Source: an uncultured Burkholderiales Genera incertae sedis bacterium (GTDB lineage Bacteria; Pseudomonadota; Gammaproteobacteria; Burkholderiales; Eutrophovitaceae). From it: a stretch of DNA of 62,552 nt. Where the stretch lies: contig CAJQIK010000038.1 of assembly GCA_905478365.1 (NCBI GenBank), positions 1-62,552 on the forward strand, read 5' to 3'. This document shows, piece after piece, positions 37,989-46,830 of the stretch. Both the position numbers and the translations under genes were made by a program. The notes under the pieces are model-generated. The model saw only the letters and a list, made by a program, of their open reading frames with translations. It made no database searches and was not told the DNA's origin. The number at the start of each line of letters is the position of its first letter. The first letter of the stretch is position 1.

Positions 37989-39755
37989 ATGCCTGTCATA
38001 AAAGTTAATGTCCCAGACGTTGGTGACTTCAAAGATATCCCCGTTATTGAGATACTTGTAAAACCAGGAGATCAAGTTCAAGAGGAAGATTCGTTACTTA
38101 CACTAGAATCTGACAAGGCAACAATGGAGGTTCCCTCGCCGCTCAAAGGTACGGTGAAAGAGGTACATGTCGAAATGAATGACAAAGTATCCGAGGGACA
38201 ACTTATTGTTAGTATTGAATCATCCGATAATCAACGAGGGGAAACCTCCTCAGGAGCTATAAAAACACCAGCCATTTCCCCCGGGAATAGTGCACCCACT
38301 CCCACCGTAACAAATGTCTCAACAGACATTACAACCAAAAATGATCTCCATGTTGAGGTCGTTGTACTTGGGTCAGGGCCTGGTGGCTACACGGCGGCAT
38401 TTAGAGCTGCGGATTTGGGTAAAAAAGTCGTATTAATTGAGCAACACCCAACGCTGGGTGGTGTATGTCTCAATGTGGGATGCATCCCTTCTAAGGCGTT
38501 ACTCCATGCAGCCAAGGTCATCGAAGAATCTAAAGAAATGGGGGAATTTGGTGTCTCTTTTGGTAAGCCAAAAATTGATCTCGATCAACTAAGAAATTGG
38601 AAAGACGGCATCATAGGCAAATTAACTAATGGCTTATCGGGACTCGCGAAACAGCGAAAGGTGGACACGATAGTCGGCAATGGACAGTTCATCGGCCCAA
38701 ATAGCATTGAGGTTCAGACCGCCGAGGGACTAAAACGAGTTGGTTTTGATGCCGCGATTATCGCCGCAGGCTCTCAAGTTACAAAAATTCCGGATATCCC
38801 ATACGAAGATCCCAGAGTTATGGACTCTACTGATGCGTTAACCTTGCGAAATATCCCTAAGTCGATGCTTGTTATAGGCGGAGGAATTATTGGACTGGAA
38901 ATGGCAACAGTCTATCAGGCACTTGGAACGAAAATCACGGTAGTTGAACTTGCTGACAGTTTAATTCCTGGGGCCGATAAAGACATCGTCCGCCCACTAC
39001 ATAAACGACTACAAAAACAATGTGAAGGGATACACCTGCGAACGAAAGTTAAAGCATTAACTGCCGAAAAAAATGGATTAAAAGTCCAATTTGAAGGTGA
39101 GGATGCTCCGAAAGCAACCTGCTACGAGAAAGTTTTAGTTGCTGTAGGCAGAAAACCCAACGGTAAACTCATTGGAGCAGAGTGCGCGGGAATCGAAGTG
39201 AACGATTCCGGTTTCATACCTATAAATCAACAAATGCAAACAAACGTACCCCACATCTTCGCAATAGGTGACATTGTTGGCAATCCTATGCTTGCGCATA
39301 AAGCCACTCACGAAGGAAAACTGGCAGCGGAAGTTATTGCTGGTCACAAAGCATCATTCGATGCGAAAACAATTCCCTCCGTAGCTTACACAGACCCAGA
39401 AATTGCCTGGATGGGCATAACGGAAACAGAGGCAAAAAGTGAGGGTATTGAATATGAAAAAGCAACTTTCCCTTGGGCTGCTAGTGGTCGGTCTCTAGCG
39501 ATGGGGCGTGACGAGGGACTCACCAAACTATTATTCGATAAAAAAACAAAGAGACTAATTGGTGCTGCAATTGTGGGGTCGAATGCGGGAGAACTCATCG
39601 GAGAGACCGTATTGGCGCTAGAAATGGGAGCCGATGCACAGGATATTGGCTTAACAATCCATCCACATCCAACATTATCTGAAAGTGTATTTTTTGCGGC
39701 AGAAATTGCAGAGGGCTCGATAACAGATCTCTTTATGCCTAAGAAAAAAACTTAG
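37989..39755 (+). CDS. lpd: Dihydrolipoyl dehydrogenase (E3) with N-terminal lipoyl domain
   Basis: 588 aa. The N-terminal ~80 aa form a lipoyl domain with the LESDKATMEVPSP lipoyl-Lys motif, followed by a Pro/Thr-rich linker. The E3 core has GSGPGGYTAA, the redox disulfide GGVCLNVGCIPSK and a C-terminal HPHPTLSE. Confidence 0.9.
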   Translation: MPVIKVNVPDVGDFKDIPVIEILVKPGDQVQEEDSLLTLESDKATMEVPSPLKGTVKEVHVEMNDKVSEGQLIVSIESSDNQRGETSSGAIKTPAISPGNSAPTPTVTNVSTDITTKNDLHVEVVVLGSGPGGYTAAFRAADLGKKVVLIEQHPTLGGVCLNVGCIPSKALLHAAKVIEESKEMGEFGVSFGKPKIDLDQLRNWKDGIIGKLTNGLSGLAKQRKVDTIVGNGQFIGPNSIEVQTAEGLKRVGFDAAIIAAGSQVTKIPDIPYEDPRVMDSTDALTLRNIPKSMLVIGGGIIGLEMATVYQALGTKITVVELADSLIPGADKDIVRPLHKRLQKQCEGIHLRTKVKALTAEKNGLKVQFEGEDAPKATCYEKVLVAVGRKPNGKLIGAECAGIEVNDSGFIPINQQMQTNVPHIFAIGDIVGNPMLAHKATHEGKLAAEVIAGHKASFDAKTIPSVAYTDPEIAWMGITETEAKSEGIEYEKATFPWAASGRSLAMGRDEGLTKLLFDKKTKRLIGAAIVGSNAGELIGETVLALEMGADAQDIGLTIHPHPTLSESVFFAAEIAEGSITDLFMPKKKT

Positions 39756-39788
39756 TTATGGGTATCAACCAAAAAATAATAAGCCGCT

Positions 39789-40637
39789 ATGATCTTTAGT
39801 ACACCAAGAGAATTTACCCCAGCAACTAAAGAAACTGGCTTGTCCGATGCTTCTCCGCTTTGGTTTATTTTTAAGAAGAATGAACTGCTCGTCCTGCAAA
39901 AAGATGCATCTGACGGACTCGAAATACCTAATTTAAAAGACCCTTCGGAGCTTGGGATTAACATAGGATCTCAGCAACTGATTGGTCACTATGGCGACCA
40001 GCCTTGTTATACGGCACTGGCATCCGATATAAGTGAAGAGCACGATTCGGTTATTTGGTCAGGACTACGCGCCTTATTTGGGCGGCTGGATGACGGGTTG
40101 TTTTCTATCTCAGGAAGGGCTTATCAAATCGCGGATTGGTATAGGACACATCGCTATTGCGGTCACTGCGGAACAAAAAATACACTTCAAGACAGCGACC
40201 GATGCCTGATATGTCCTTCATGCGGACAGCTTCATTACCCAAGAGTTTCGCCTGCTGTTATGGTAATGATTCAAAAAGGCGATCAATTTTTACTAGCACG
40301 ATCACCCCACTTTATTCCAGGAATGTACTCAGCCCTTGCCGGTTTCGCGGAGCCAGGTGAAACACTAGAAGAGACAGTACATCGAGAGGTTTATGAGGAA
40401 GTAGGTATCCGAGTTAAGAATATCCGCTATTTCGCAAGCCAACCTTGGCCATTCCCCCACTCACTTATGATTGCGTTTCATGCAGATTACGAATCAGGTG
40501 ATATTAATATTGACCCGACTGAAATAGAGGATGCAGACTGGTTTAGTGCTGATAAATTACCAGATCGTCTTCCTGGACAAATTAGCATCTCGCGTAAACT
40601 TATCGAAGCGACACTACATGAATTAAAACACCATTAG
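39789..40637 (+). CDS. nudC: NADH pyrophosphatase (Nudix)
   Basis: 282 aa with the zinc ribbon CGHCGTKNTL...CPSCG, the Nudix box GFAEPGETLEETVHREVYEEVGI and the downstream SQPWPFP motif specific to NudC. Confidence 0.85.
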   Translation: MIFSTPREFTPATKETGLSDASPLWFIFKKNELLVLQKDASDGLEIPNLKDPSELGINIGSQQLIGHYGDQPCYTALASDISEEHDSVIWSGLRALFGRLDDGLFSISGRAYQIADWYRTHRYCGHCGTKNTLQDSDRCLICPSCGQLHYPRVSPAVMVMIQKGDQFLLARSPHFIPGMYSALAGFAEPGETLEETVHREVYEEVGIRVKNIRYFASQPWPFPHSLMIAFHADYESGDINIDPTEIEDADWFSADKLPDRLPGQISISRKLIEATLHELKHH

Positions 40638-40730
40638 CCAAAAAAGCGTCTGAAACAGTCGCAAAGTTATACCGTTAAAAATACTGTAACCTGCTACAAC
40701 TTACATCAAAAAAAGATCAAGGATCGTTAA

Positions 40731-41603
40731 ATGTTTAAGAAGTTACTGATAAAGTGCATAGTACTTTTAAGTATATTGATTTTCGGGAATGGGGCACACG
40801 CGCTAACCATAAAAATTGGTCATAACGATACGCCCTATGATGCGGCTGCAGCTGCTTTAGTTAAAGTGGTATTTGAACGATCTGGCTATAACGTGTCCGA
40901 AACTAAAGGTGACTCCGAAATTCTGATGTCGATGCTCGATCGTGGTGAAATCGACTTCTATCTTTCTGCGTGGCTACCAAAACGCGATGCTGAGAGCTAT
41001 GCGCCTTACGAAGAAAATTTAAAATTAATCACAGCACTTTACGACGACGCCTCTTCTTTTTTCGCGGTTCCAAGATATGTACCAAGCTCCATGGTCAATA
41101 CAGTTGACGATTTGACCAAACCAGAAATAATCGAAAAAATGAATAAACAAATCATCTTAGATGATCAAGACGAAATTTTAACGCAGCAAGCTAAAGAAAC
41201 GGTTGCCGCGCATAACCTAGAGAACGCCGGATATGAATTAACCGCCATATCCTCATCCGAATGGGATACTAAATTAGAAAAACAATTAGGAGATAAAAGC
41301 TGGTTCTTCACGCCAATGACCAAGCTACACCGATTGAATTTAACGAAGAAATTCAGAGCCATCAAAGGTACCAGTAATACATTTAAGCAAAAAGATACTG
41401 CATGGCTAGTGGGTAATAAGAAAACACAAAAGAAAATCGCCACACATATTTTTGAAATCATCAGCAAAATGGAGCTATCCACAAAGTGGGTTGCAGAAAT
41501 AGATCAGATGGCTTTCGAAAACGATTGGCCGCATTATGTTGCAGCAAGAGTTTGGATGGCCTCGCATCCTTACACGGTAGAGTATTGGATTTCTGGCGAG
41601 TAA
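40731..41603 (+). CDS. Periplasmic substrate-binding protein, OpuAC/ProX (glycine betaine-type) family
   Basis: 290 aa with signal peptide MFKKLLIKCIVLLSILIFGNGAHA and the family motif GEIDFYLSAWLP. No ABC permease or ATPase gene is adjacent. Confidence 0.65.
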   Translation: MFKKLLIKCIVLLSILIFGNGAHALTIKIGHNDTPYDAAAAALVKVVFERSGYNVSETKGDSEILMSMLDRGEIDFYLSAWLPKRDAESYAPYEENLKLITALYDDASSFFAVPRYVPSSMVNTVDDLTKPEIIEKMNKQIILDDQDEILTQQAKETVAAHNLENAGYELTAISSSEWDTKLEKQLGDKSWFFTPMTKLHRLNLTKKFRAIKGTSNTFKQKDTAWLVGNKKTQKKIATHIFEIISKMELSTKWVAEIDQMAFENDWPHYVAARVWMASHPYTVEYWISGE

Positions 41604-41655
41604 CCAAACGTTATTAATCGAAATCAAGTAAACCGTTTCTTGGGCTCACCGAGAT

Positions 41656-42219
41656 CTATGCATCAGGGCCAGTATAGTATTTCGGATGTCTTTTTTTAAC
41701 TACAATGCTATCCGATGCATAAGCATGGCATGAGTTAATTAAAGCCGGCCTCTCCTCCTTTACCGCCAGTTCTTTGTTCCATCGCAAACGATCATGGTAT
41801 GTCGTTTGAAAGGCGGTAGTCGCAATCGGACCAAGCAGCTCCACCATGTGGGTACAACCCTGGATACCACCTAACGATTCGTTAACTTTTTTTCTCCACC
41901 CACGTGCGATCGAAAGACCAATTAACCTTTTAAAGTTTGGCACAATATCACCACAAATATTATAGGGACCCCAAATATTCCTAGCCTCAACATCAAGAAC
42001 TCGCAGCTCAATATCCACCGTTAGGCGAATCCACATTTCATGTATGGGGTCACCCGGCTTTACAAGACCACGATCCATGTTCTCGAACGGGGTACTTTTC
42101 ACATCAATCAAGATGCCTTCGATATCATAATTGCCATCATGGCGTTTGTAGCCATGAACCTCGACTCGCCTGGTATGTAACAGGTCGCGGGGGGCGGCCT
42201 TAGGTATTGATGCGCTCAA
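41656..42219 (-). CDS. DUF2889-family protein
   Basis: 187 aa. The pattern HTRRVEVHGYKRHDGNYDIEGILIDVK...GCTHMVELLGP resembles DUF2889. Recognition is from memory only. Confidence 0.5.
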   Translation of the reverse strand: MSASIPKAAPRDLLHTRRVEVHGYKRHDGNYDIEGILIDVKSTPFENMDRGLVKPGDPIHEMWIRLTVDIELRVLDVEARNIWGPYNICGDIVPNFKRLIGLSIARGWRKKVNESLGGIQGCTHMVELLGPIATTAFQTTYHDRLRWNKELAVKEERPALINSCHAYASDSIVVKKRHPKYYTGPDA

Positions 42220-42305
42220 AACTATTCCTATTCACTTAAAATACACGTTAATTCTGGAATTAACGAAACGTAGCGCCAATATCATTTAGTTTTCTACTTT
42301 AAAAA

Positions 42306-42719
42306 ATGTCGACACCGAAACTTAAACATATTTACGAACTAATGATCACTTTTGGTGATTGCGATCCAGCAGGCATCGTATTTTATCCGAACTTCTATCG
42401 ATTTATCGACAGAACATTTCACGATTGGTTGAGAGTTTGGGGAAGCCATGATGCGCTCGCGAGCCGTGTTGATGGACTGGCATTAGGCTTAATTGACTCT
42501 GGAGCACAATTTCATCATGTAGTTCGAGATGGTGATAAGTTACGAATCGAGCTGTATACCACCGACTGGAGAAATAAAACATTTAAACTTGAATATCGAG
42601 CTTTTATAGAAGAAACTCTTTGCCTCACCGCATTCGAAGTCCGCGGGTTGTTCCAATTGTTTAACGGTCAAGTTAAAGCGGCAGAAATTAGTGCGCTAAA
42701 AAAACTCATTGACCCCTAA
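42306..42719 (+). CDS. Hotdog-fold acyl-CoA thioesterase (4HBT/YbgC-like)
   Basis: 137 aa. FGDCDPAGIVFYPNFYRFIDRTFHDW matches the catalytic Asp region of 4HBT-type thioesterases. Confidence 0.7.
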   Translation: MSTPKLKHIYELMITFGDCDPAGIVFYPNFYRFIDRTFHDWLRVWGSHDALASRVDGLALGLIDSGAQFHHVVRDGDKLRIELYTTDWRNKTFKLEYRAFIEETLCLTAFEVRGLFQLFNGQVKAAEISALKKLIDP

Positions 42720-42901
42720 CAATTATCTGAAAAAATCTTCAGCCCTCTCTCCTTAGCTAGTCGCAATACCTCTTGCTTTTCGTCATCTGACAGTTCAATC
42801 CATAGGCTGATTTCATCCATCGTTCGAAAACAACCTGTGCAAATCCCTGTATTGGGGTTCAACTGACAAATGTCTACGCAAGGTGACTCAATAGTGCTCA
42901 T
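42716..42901 (-). CDS. DUF1289 (YdhL-like) Cys-rich protein
   Basis: 61 aa. SPCVDICQLNPNTGICTGCFRTMDEISLW is the characteristic DUF1289 four-Cys motif. Confidence 0.7.
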   Translation of the reverse strand: MSTIESPCVDICQLNPNTGICTGCFRTMDEISLWIELSDDEKQEVLRLAKERGLKIFSDNC

Positions 42902-42926
42902 ATCACAATCACTTCCGAGAAGAATA

Positions 42927-43841
42927 TCACGCTGCTTGACGCTGCTTGGATAAAAGCGCTCGTCCGGCTCTAGAATAAGTAGAACGTCCTAAATGATCGC
43001 AAATATATCCAGCTGCGACGAGCAGTTTATTCATATCTACCCCTGTTTTAATCCCCATGCCGTTCAACATATAAAGGACATCTTCCGTAGCAACATTACC
43101 TGTAGCGCCAGGAGAATAAGGACAGCCCCCTAGGCCCGCTATCGAGCTATCAAAAATAGAAATTCCCATTTCTAATGCACCAAAAATATTGCCAATAGCT
43201 TGGCCATAGGTATCATGAAAATGACCGCCTAAATGTTCCACTGGTACTACCTTCATAACATGTTCAAATAAATCCTTTGTTCTCTGGGGTGTGCCAACGC
43301 CTACCGTATCTCCCAAAGAGATCTCATAACAGCCCATCTGATATAACTGTTCAGCGACATCAGCAACCACTTGCGGATTAACGTCACCTTCATAGGGACA
43401 CCCAAGTACGACTGATATATACCCACGAACACGGAGCCCAGATCGTATAGCCTCCTCACATACTCTCAACTGTCGCTCTAGGGACTCTTTAATGCTGCAG
43501 TTAGTATTTTTTTGGGAAAAGGTTTCACTGGCAGCAGCAAAACCAGCGACCTCTTTCGCTCCAGCTTCTTTAGCCGCTTCCAAACCTTTCAAGTTGGGCA
43601 CTAACACTGGAAAGCAAACATTGGAGATACGAGCAGATTGTTGAAAGACATCTCGCGTATCGGCCATCTGTGGGACCCATTTAGGCGAAACAAAACTTCC
43701 TGCTTCAATTACAGATAACCCCGCATCAACGAGCTTCTTGATCAGCTCGACTTTAACATCAGTTGGCACTTGAGCTTTCTCATTTTGCAGCCCATCCCGC
43801 GGTCCAACCTCCACTATTTTTACGCTACTGGGTGTGCTCAT
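42927..43841 (-). CDS. liuE: Hydroxymethylglutaryl-CoA lyase
   Basis: 304 aa with VEVGPRDGLQNE, the catalytic region GLGGCPYSPGATGNVATED and HFHDTYG. The start overlaps the liuD stop (ATGA). Confidence 0.9.
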   Translation of the reverse strand: MSTPSSVKIVEVGPRDGLQNEKAQVPTDVKVELIKKLVDAGLSVIEAGSFVSPKWVPQMADTRDVFQQSARISNVCFPVLVPNLKGLEAAKEAGAKEVAGFAAASETFSQKNTNCSIKESLERQLRVCEEAIRSGLRVRGYISVVLGCPYEGDVNPQVVADVAEQLYQMGCYEISLGDTVGVGTPQRTKDLFEHVMKVVPVEHLGGHFHDTYGQAIGNIFGALEMGISIFDSSIAGLGGCPYSPGATGNVATEDVLYMLNGMGIKTGVDMNKLLVAAGYICDHLGRSTYSRAGRALLSKQRQAA

Positions 43842-45853
43842 GATTGATCCTCCTCTAACGCCAGAAGCTCCGCACCTTCCAGCACTTGATCTCCTTCAGA
43901 ATAATAGATCTCAACAACCTTACCCGTCTTGGGCGAGAGAATAGTGTGTTCCATTTTCATAGCTTCTACGATAACTACGGCCTGATCTTTCTTAACCATA
44001 TCTCCCTTTTTCACTAATATCTGCCTTACGTGCCCAGGTAGTGGCGCAATCAATGAATTACCCGACTCGTCATTCACGTCCATATTAAAGCGGGAACGCG
44101 CTAAAACTGTTGTATCTCCATCGCAGAAGACAGTCACTCCGCTTTCGCCCTCAAAAACGACACCTTTCGTAGCGCTTCCGGCAACAGTGACATTTATCTG
44201 AGCTGACTCAAAACTCCACTCACTAAGTTCGTAAGTCATCGCATCTAGTGTGAATTGCATTTTTTTTGGCGTGATATTTAATATAATTTCGTACGGTTTA
44301 CCATCGCAAGTTATTCTAAAAATCCGGTTTGCAGTTCGGTTTAACCGCCAGCCATCTACCTGTTTCCAAGGTGAGTAAGGGTCAGCAGAAACATCTGGCT
44401 CAATATGATTATCGAATGCTCCTTTTAATTCGAATATTAAAAATAAGGCCACAGTTTCGGCAGATAGCTGTTTGTAAAGCTGGCCTCGACCTTCGATATA
44501 ACGACTGATAACTCCGGTATTAAGATTTTTAGGCTCTTTTTCTGCGTTATGAAAATCTGGAACGCAAATCAACTGTCTCAAAAAATTAGTATTGGTTTGA
44601 ATTCCAGCTAAATGATAAGCCTTTAGAGCGGTATCCATTTTCGATAAAGCAGCTTGTCGATTTATATCCCAAGATATAATTTTTGAGATCATCGGATCAT
44701 AATATACACCGACCTCGTCCCCGACTTTAACGCCGGAGTCGATACGCACTGTCGCACCACCGTCCCTTTGTTCCTTCAGATACTCTATCCGTCCCGATGC
44801 CGGTAAAAAATCGCGTTCCGGATTTTCCGCATACACCCTACATTCAACAGCGTGACCATTCAATTTAATTTCTTCTTGTTTTTTAGGTAATGGTTCCCCG
44901 TAAGCGACCCGTAATTGCCACTCGACGAGATCTTCTTCTGTAATCATCTCAGTAACTGGATGCTCAACCTGTAATCGCGTATTCATCTCCATAAAATAAA
45001 ACTGAAAGTCTTCATCCATGATGAACTCAACAGTTCCGGCACCCTCATAACCTACGGCTTTTGCGACGGCAACCGCTGTTTCGCCTAATGCTTTGCGCGT
45101 CTCTCCCGGAATAGCTGGCGCTGGCGCCTCCTCAATTACCTTCTGATATCTTCGCTGCAGCGAGCAGTCTCGCTCATACAAATGAACGTAATTCTCATGC
45201 TGGTCTGCAAATACTTGGACTTCAATATGACGAGGGGCTTGAATATAACGCTCAATCAAGACCTGCTCATTACCAAAACTGTTCTTAGCCTCTCGTCGCG
45301 CAGCGGCCAGCGCAGCCAGAAATTGATCTGCTTGGTCAACCACCCTCATTCCCTTGCCACCTCCACCTGCGATCGCTTTAATTAGCACAGGGTATCCGAT
45401 GCGTTCCGCTTCGCCAGACAACGTTTTATCGCTTTGGTCTTCACCATGGAAGCCAGGAAGCAGAGGTACCCCAGCTTTTTCGACTATAACTTTAGCAGAG
45501 CTTTTAAGCCCCATCGCTTGTATTACGCGGGACGACGGACCGATGAATTTTATTTTCTCATCTTCGCAAAGCGCCGCAAATTCAGCATTTTCCGATAAAA
45601 ATCCATATCCAGGATGAATTGCCTCAACACCCATATCTTTTGCGGCATCAATGATTCGTCTTCCGTTTAGGTAGGACTCGGAGGGTAACGATCCCCCTAT
45701 CATCACCTTTTGATCGCATTCGGTCGTGTGTAGAGCATTCACATCCGCCTCAGAACAGACAGCGACTGTTTTAATACCCAACTTTTTGGCTGTTCGGGCA
45801 ATCCGAACTGCGATTTCGCCTCTGTTAGCGATTAAAATTTTTGAAAACATCAA
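43838..45853 (-). CDS. liuD: 3-methylcrotonyl-CoA carboxylase alpha (biotin carboxylase + BCCP) subunit
   Basis: 671 aa with an N-terminal biotin carboxylase (KILIANRGEIAVRI, ATP-grasp GGGGKGMRVV) and a C-terminal biotinyl domain with EAMKMEH. It sits in liu context. Confidence 0.9.
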   Translation of the reverse strand: MMFSKILIANRGEIAVRIARTAKKLGIKTVAVCSEADVNALHTTECDQKVMIGGSLPSESYLNGRRIIDAAKDMGVEAIHPGYGFLSENAEFAALCEDEKIKFIGPSSRVIQAMGLKSSAKVIVEKAGVPLLPGFHGEDQSDKTLSGEAERIGYPVLIKAIAGGGGKGMRVVDQADQFLAALAAARREAKNSFGNEQVLIERYIQAPRHIEVQVFADQHENYVHLYERDCSLQRRYQKVIEEAPAPAIPGETRKALGETAVAVAKAVGYEGAGTVEFIMDEDFQFYFMEMNTRLQVEHPVTEMITEEDLVEWQLRVAYGEPLPKKQEEIKLNGHAVECRVYAENPERDFLPASGRIEYLKEQRDGGATVRIDSGVKVGDEVGVYYDPMISKIISWDINRQAALSKMDTALKAYHLAGIQTNTNFLRQLICVPDFHNAEKEPKNLNTGVISRYIEGRGQLYKQLSAETVALFLIFELKGAFDNHIEPDVSADPYSPWKQVDGWRLNRTANRIFRITCDGKPYEIILNITPKKMQFTLDAMTYELSEWSFESAQINVTVAGSATKGVVFEGESGVTVFCDGDTTVLARSRFNMDVNDESGNSLIAPLPGHVRQILVKKGDMVKKDQAVVIVEAMKMEHTILSPKTGKVVEIYYSEGDQVLEGAELLALEEDQS

Positions 45854-46026
45854 TAACGTACACCTAAAGTTCTATTACAGTTGTTAAAAAAAATACGGCT
45901 ACTCAAATGCTTAAGCTGCTATTCCCTATTAGTGAACTAGGCCCTAGGTGTGTTTAAACGGGTAGCTTAAGTAAGCCACATTGAAAAAACCTGGGGAGCG
46001 CTCAAATGTCTCCAAACAAATAATTA

Positions 46027-46821
46027 TCAGTTTTTGTCCTCAGCCATCCATTTAGGTTTTCTTTTTTCAAGGAATGATCCAATCCCCTCTTTCCCCTCAT
46101 CCGAAGCTCTGACTCGGGCAATACGCACCGCGGTTTCATCAATCAGCGCTTGATCAAGATCAGACTGATCGATAAGCTCAATTAGTGACTTAGTTTCACG
46201 GTGAGCACAAGAGCCGCCCTGTTTAAAATAATGGATAAAGGTCATGACCATTTCATCTAAGTCTTCCGCGTTAACGACTTCGTGAACTAGCCCTAAACGA
46301 TAAGCATCCACTGCACCAAACCGCTCAGCACTCAACATGTACCTGCGTGCTGCACGAGCACCCATCGCAGTTACTACGTAAGGCCCAATCGTCGCTGGAA
46401 TTAATCCAAGTTTAACCTCTGATAAACAAAACTGGGTTTCATTTGATGCGACCGCAATATCACACGCAGACACTAACCCCATTCCTCCCGCATAGGCATG
46501 TCCACTAATCCGGGCAATGGTTGGTTTTGGAAAATGATATAGCGCCTTTAGCATGCGGGCTAAATTCTCGGCATCAAGTCGATTTTCCTCATACGTATAC
46601 TGTGCCATTCGTTTCATCCAATTAAGGTCTGCTCCAGCACAGAATGTTGGCCCACGTCCGGCAAGAACCAAAACTTTAACCGAAGGATCTTCCCCCAAAG
46701 TAAGCAAGGTTTCCGTCAGCTCCCCAATCATTACATCATTAAAGGCGTTTCTAACCTCGGGACGATTTAACCAAACCCAAGCGGCGGCAGCTTTCCTTTC
46801 AATTTGAATCGTGGCGTGCAT
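46027..46821 (-). CDS. liuC: Enoyl-CoA hydratase family, probable methylglutaconyl-CoA hydratase
   Basis: 264 aa with crotonase-fold motifs (LAGRGPTFCAGADL, GHAYAGGMGL). Its position in the liu operon supports the call. Confidence 0.8.
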   Translation of the reverse strand: MHATIQIERKAAAAWVWLNRPEVRNAFNDVMIGELTETLLTLGEDPSVKVLVLAGRGPTFCAGADLNWMKRMAQYTYEENRLDAENLARMLKALYHFPKPTIARISGHAYAGGMGLVSACDIAVASNETQFCLSEVKLGLIPATIGPYVVTAMGARAARRYMLSAERFGAVDAYRLGLVHEVVNAEDLDEMVMTFIHYFKQGGSCAHRETKSLIELIDQSDLDQALIDETAVRIARVRASDEGKEGIGSFLEKRKPKWMAEDKN

Positions 46822-46830
46822 TTTTCAACC

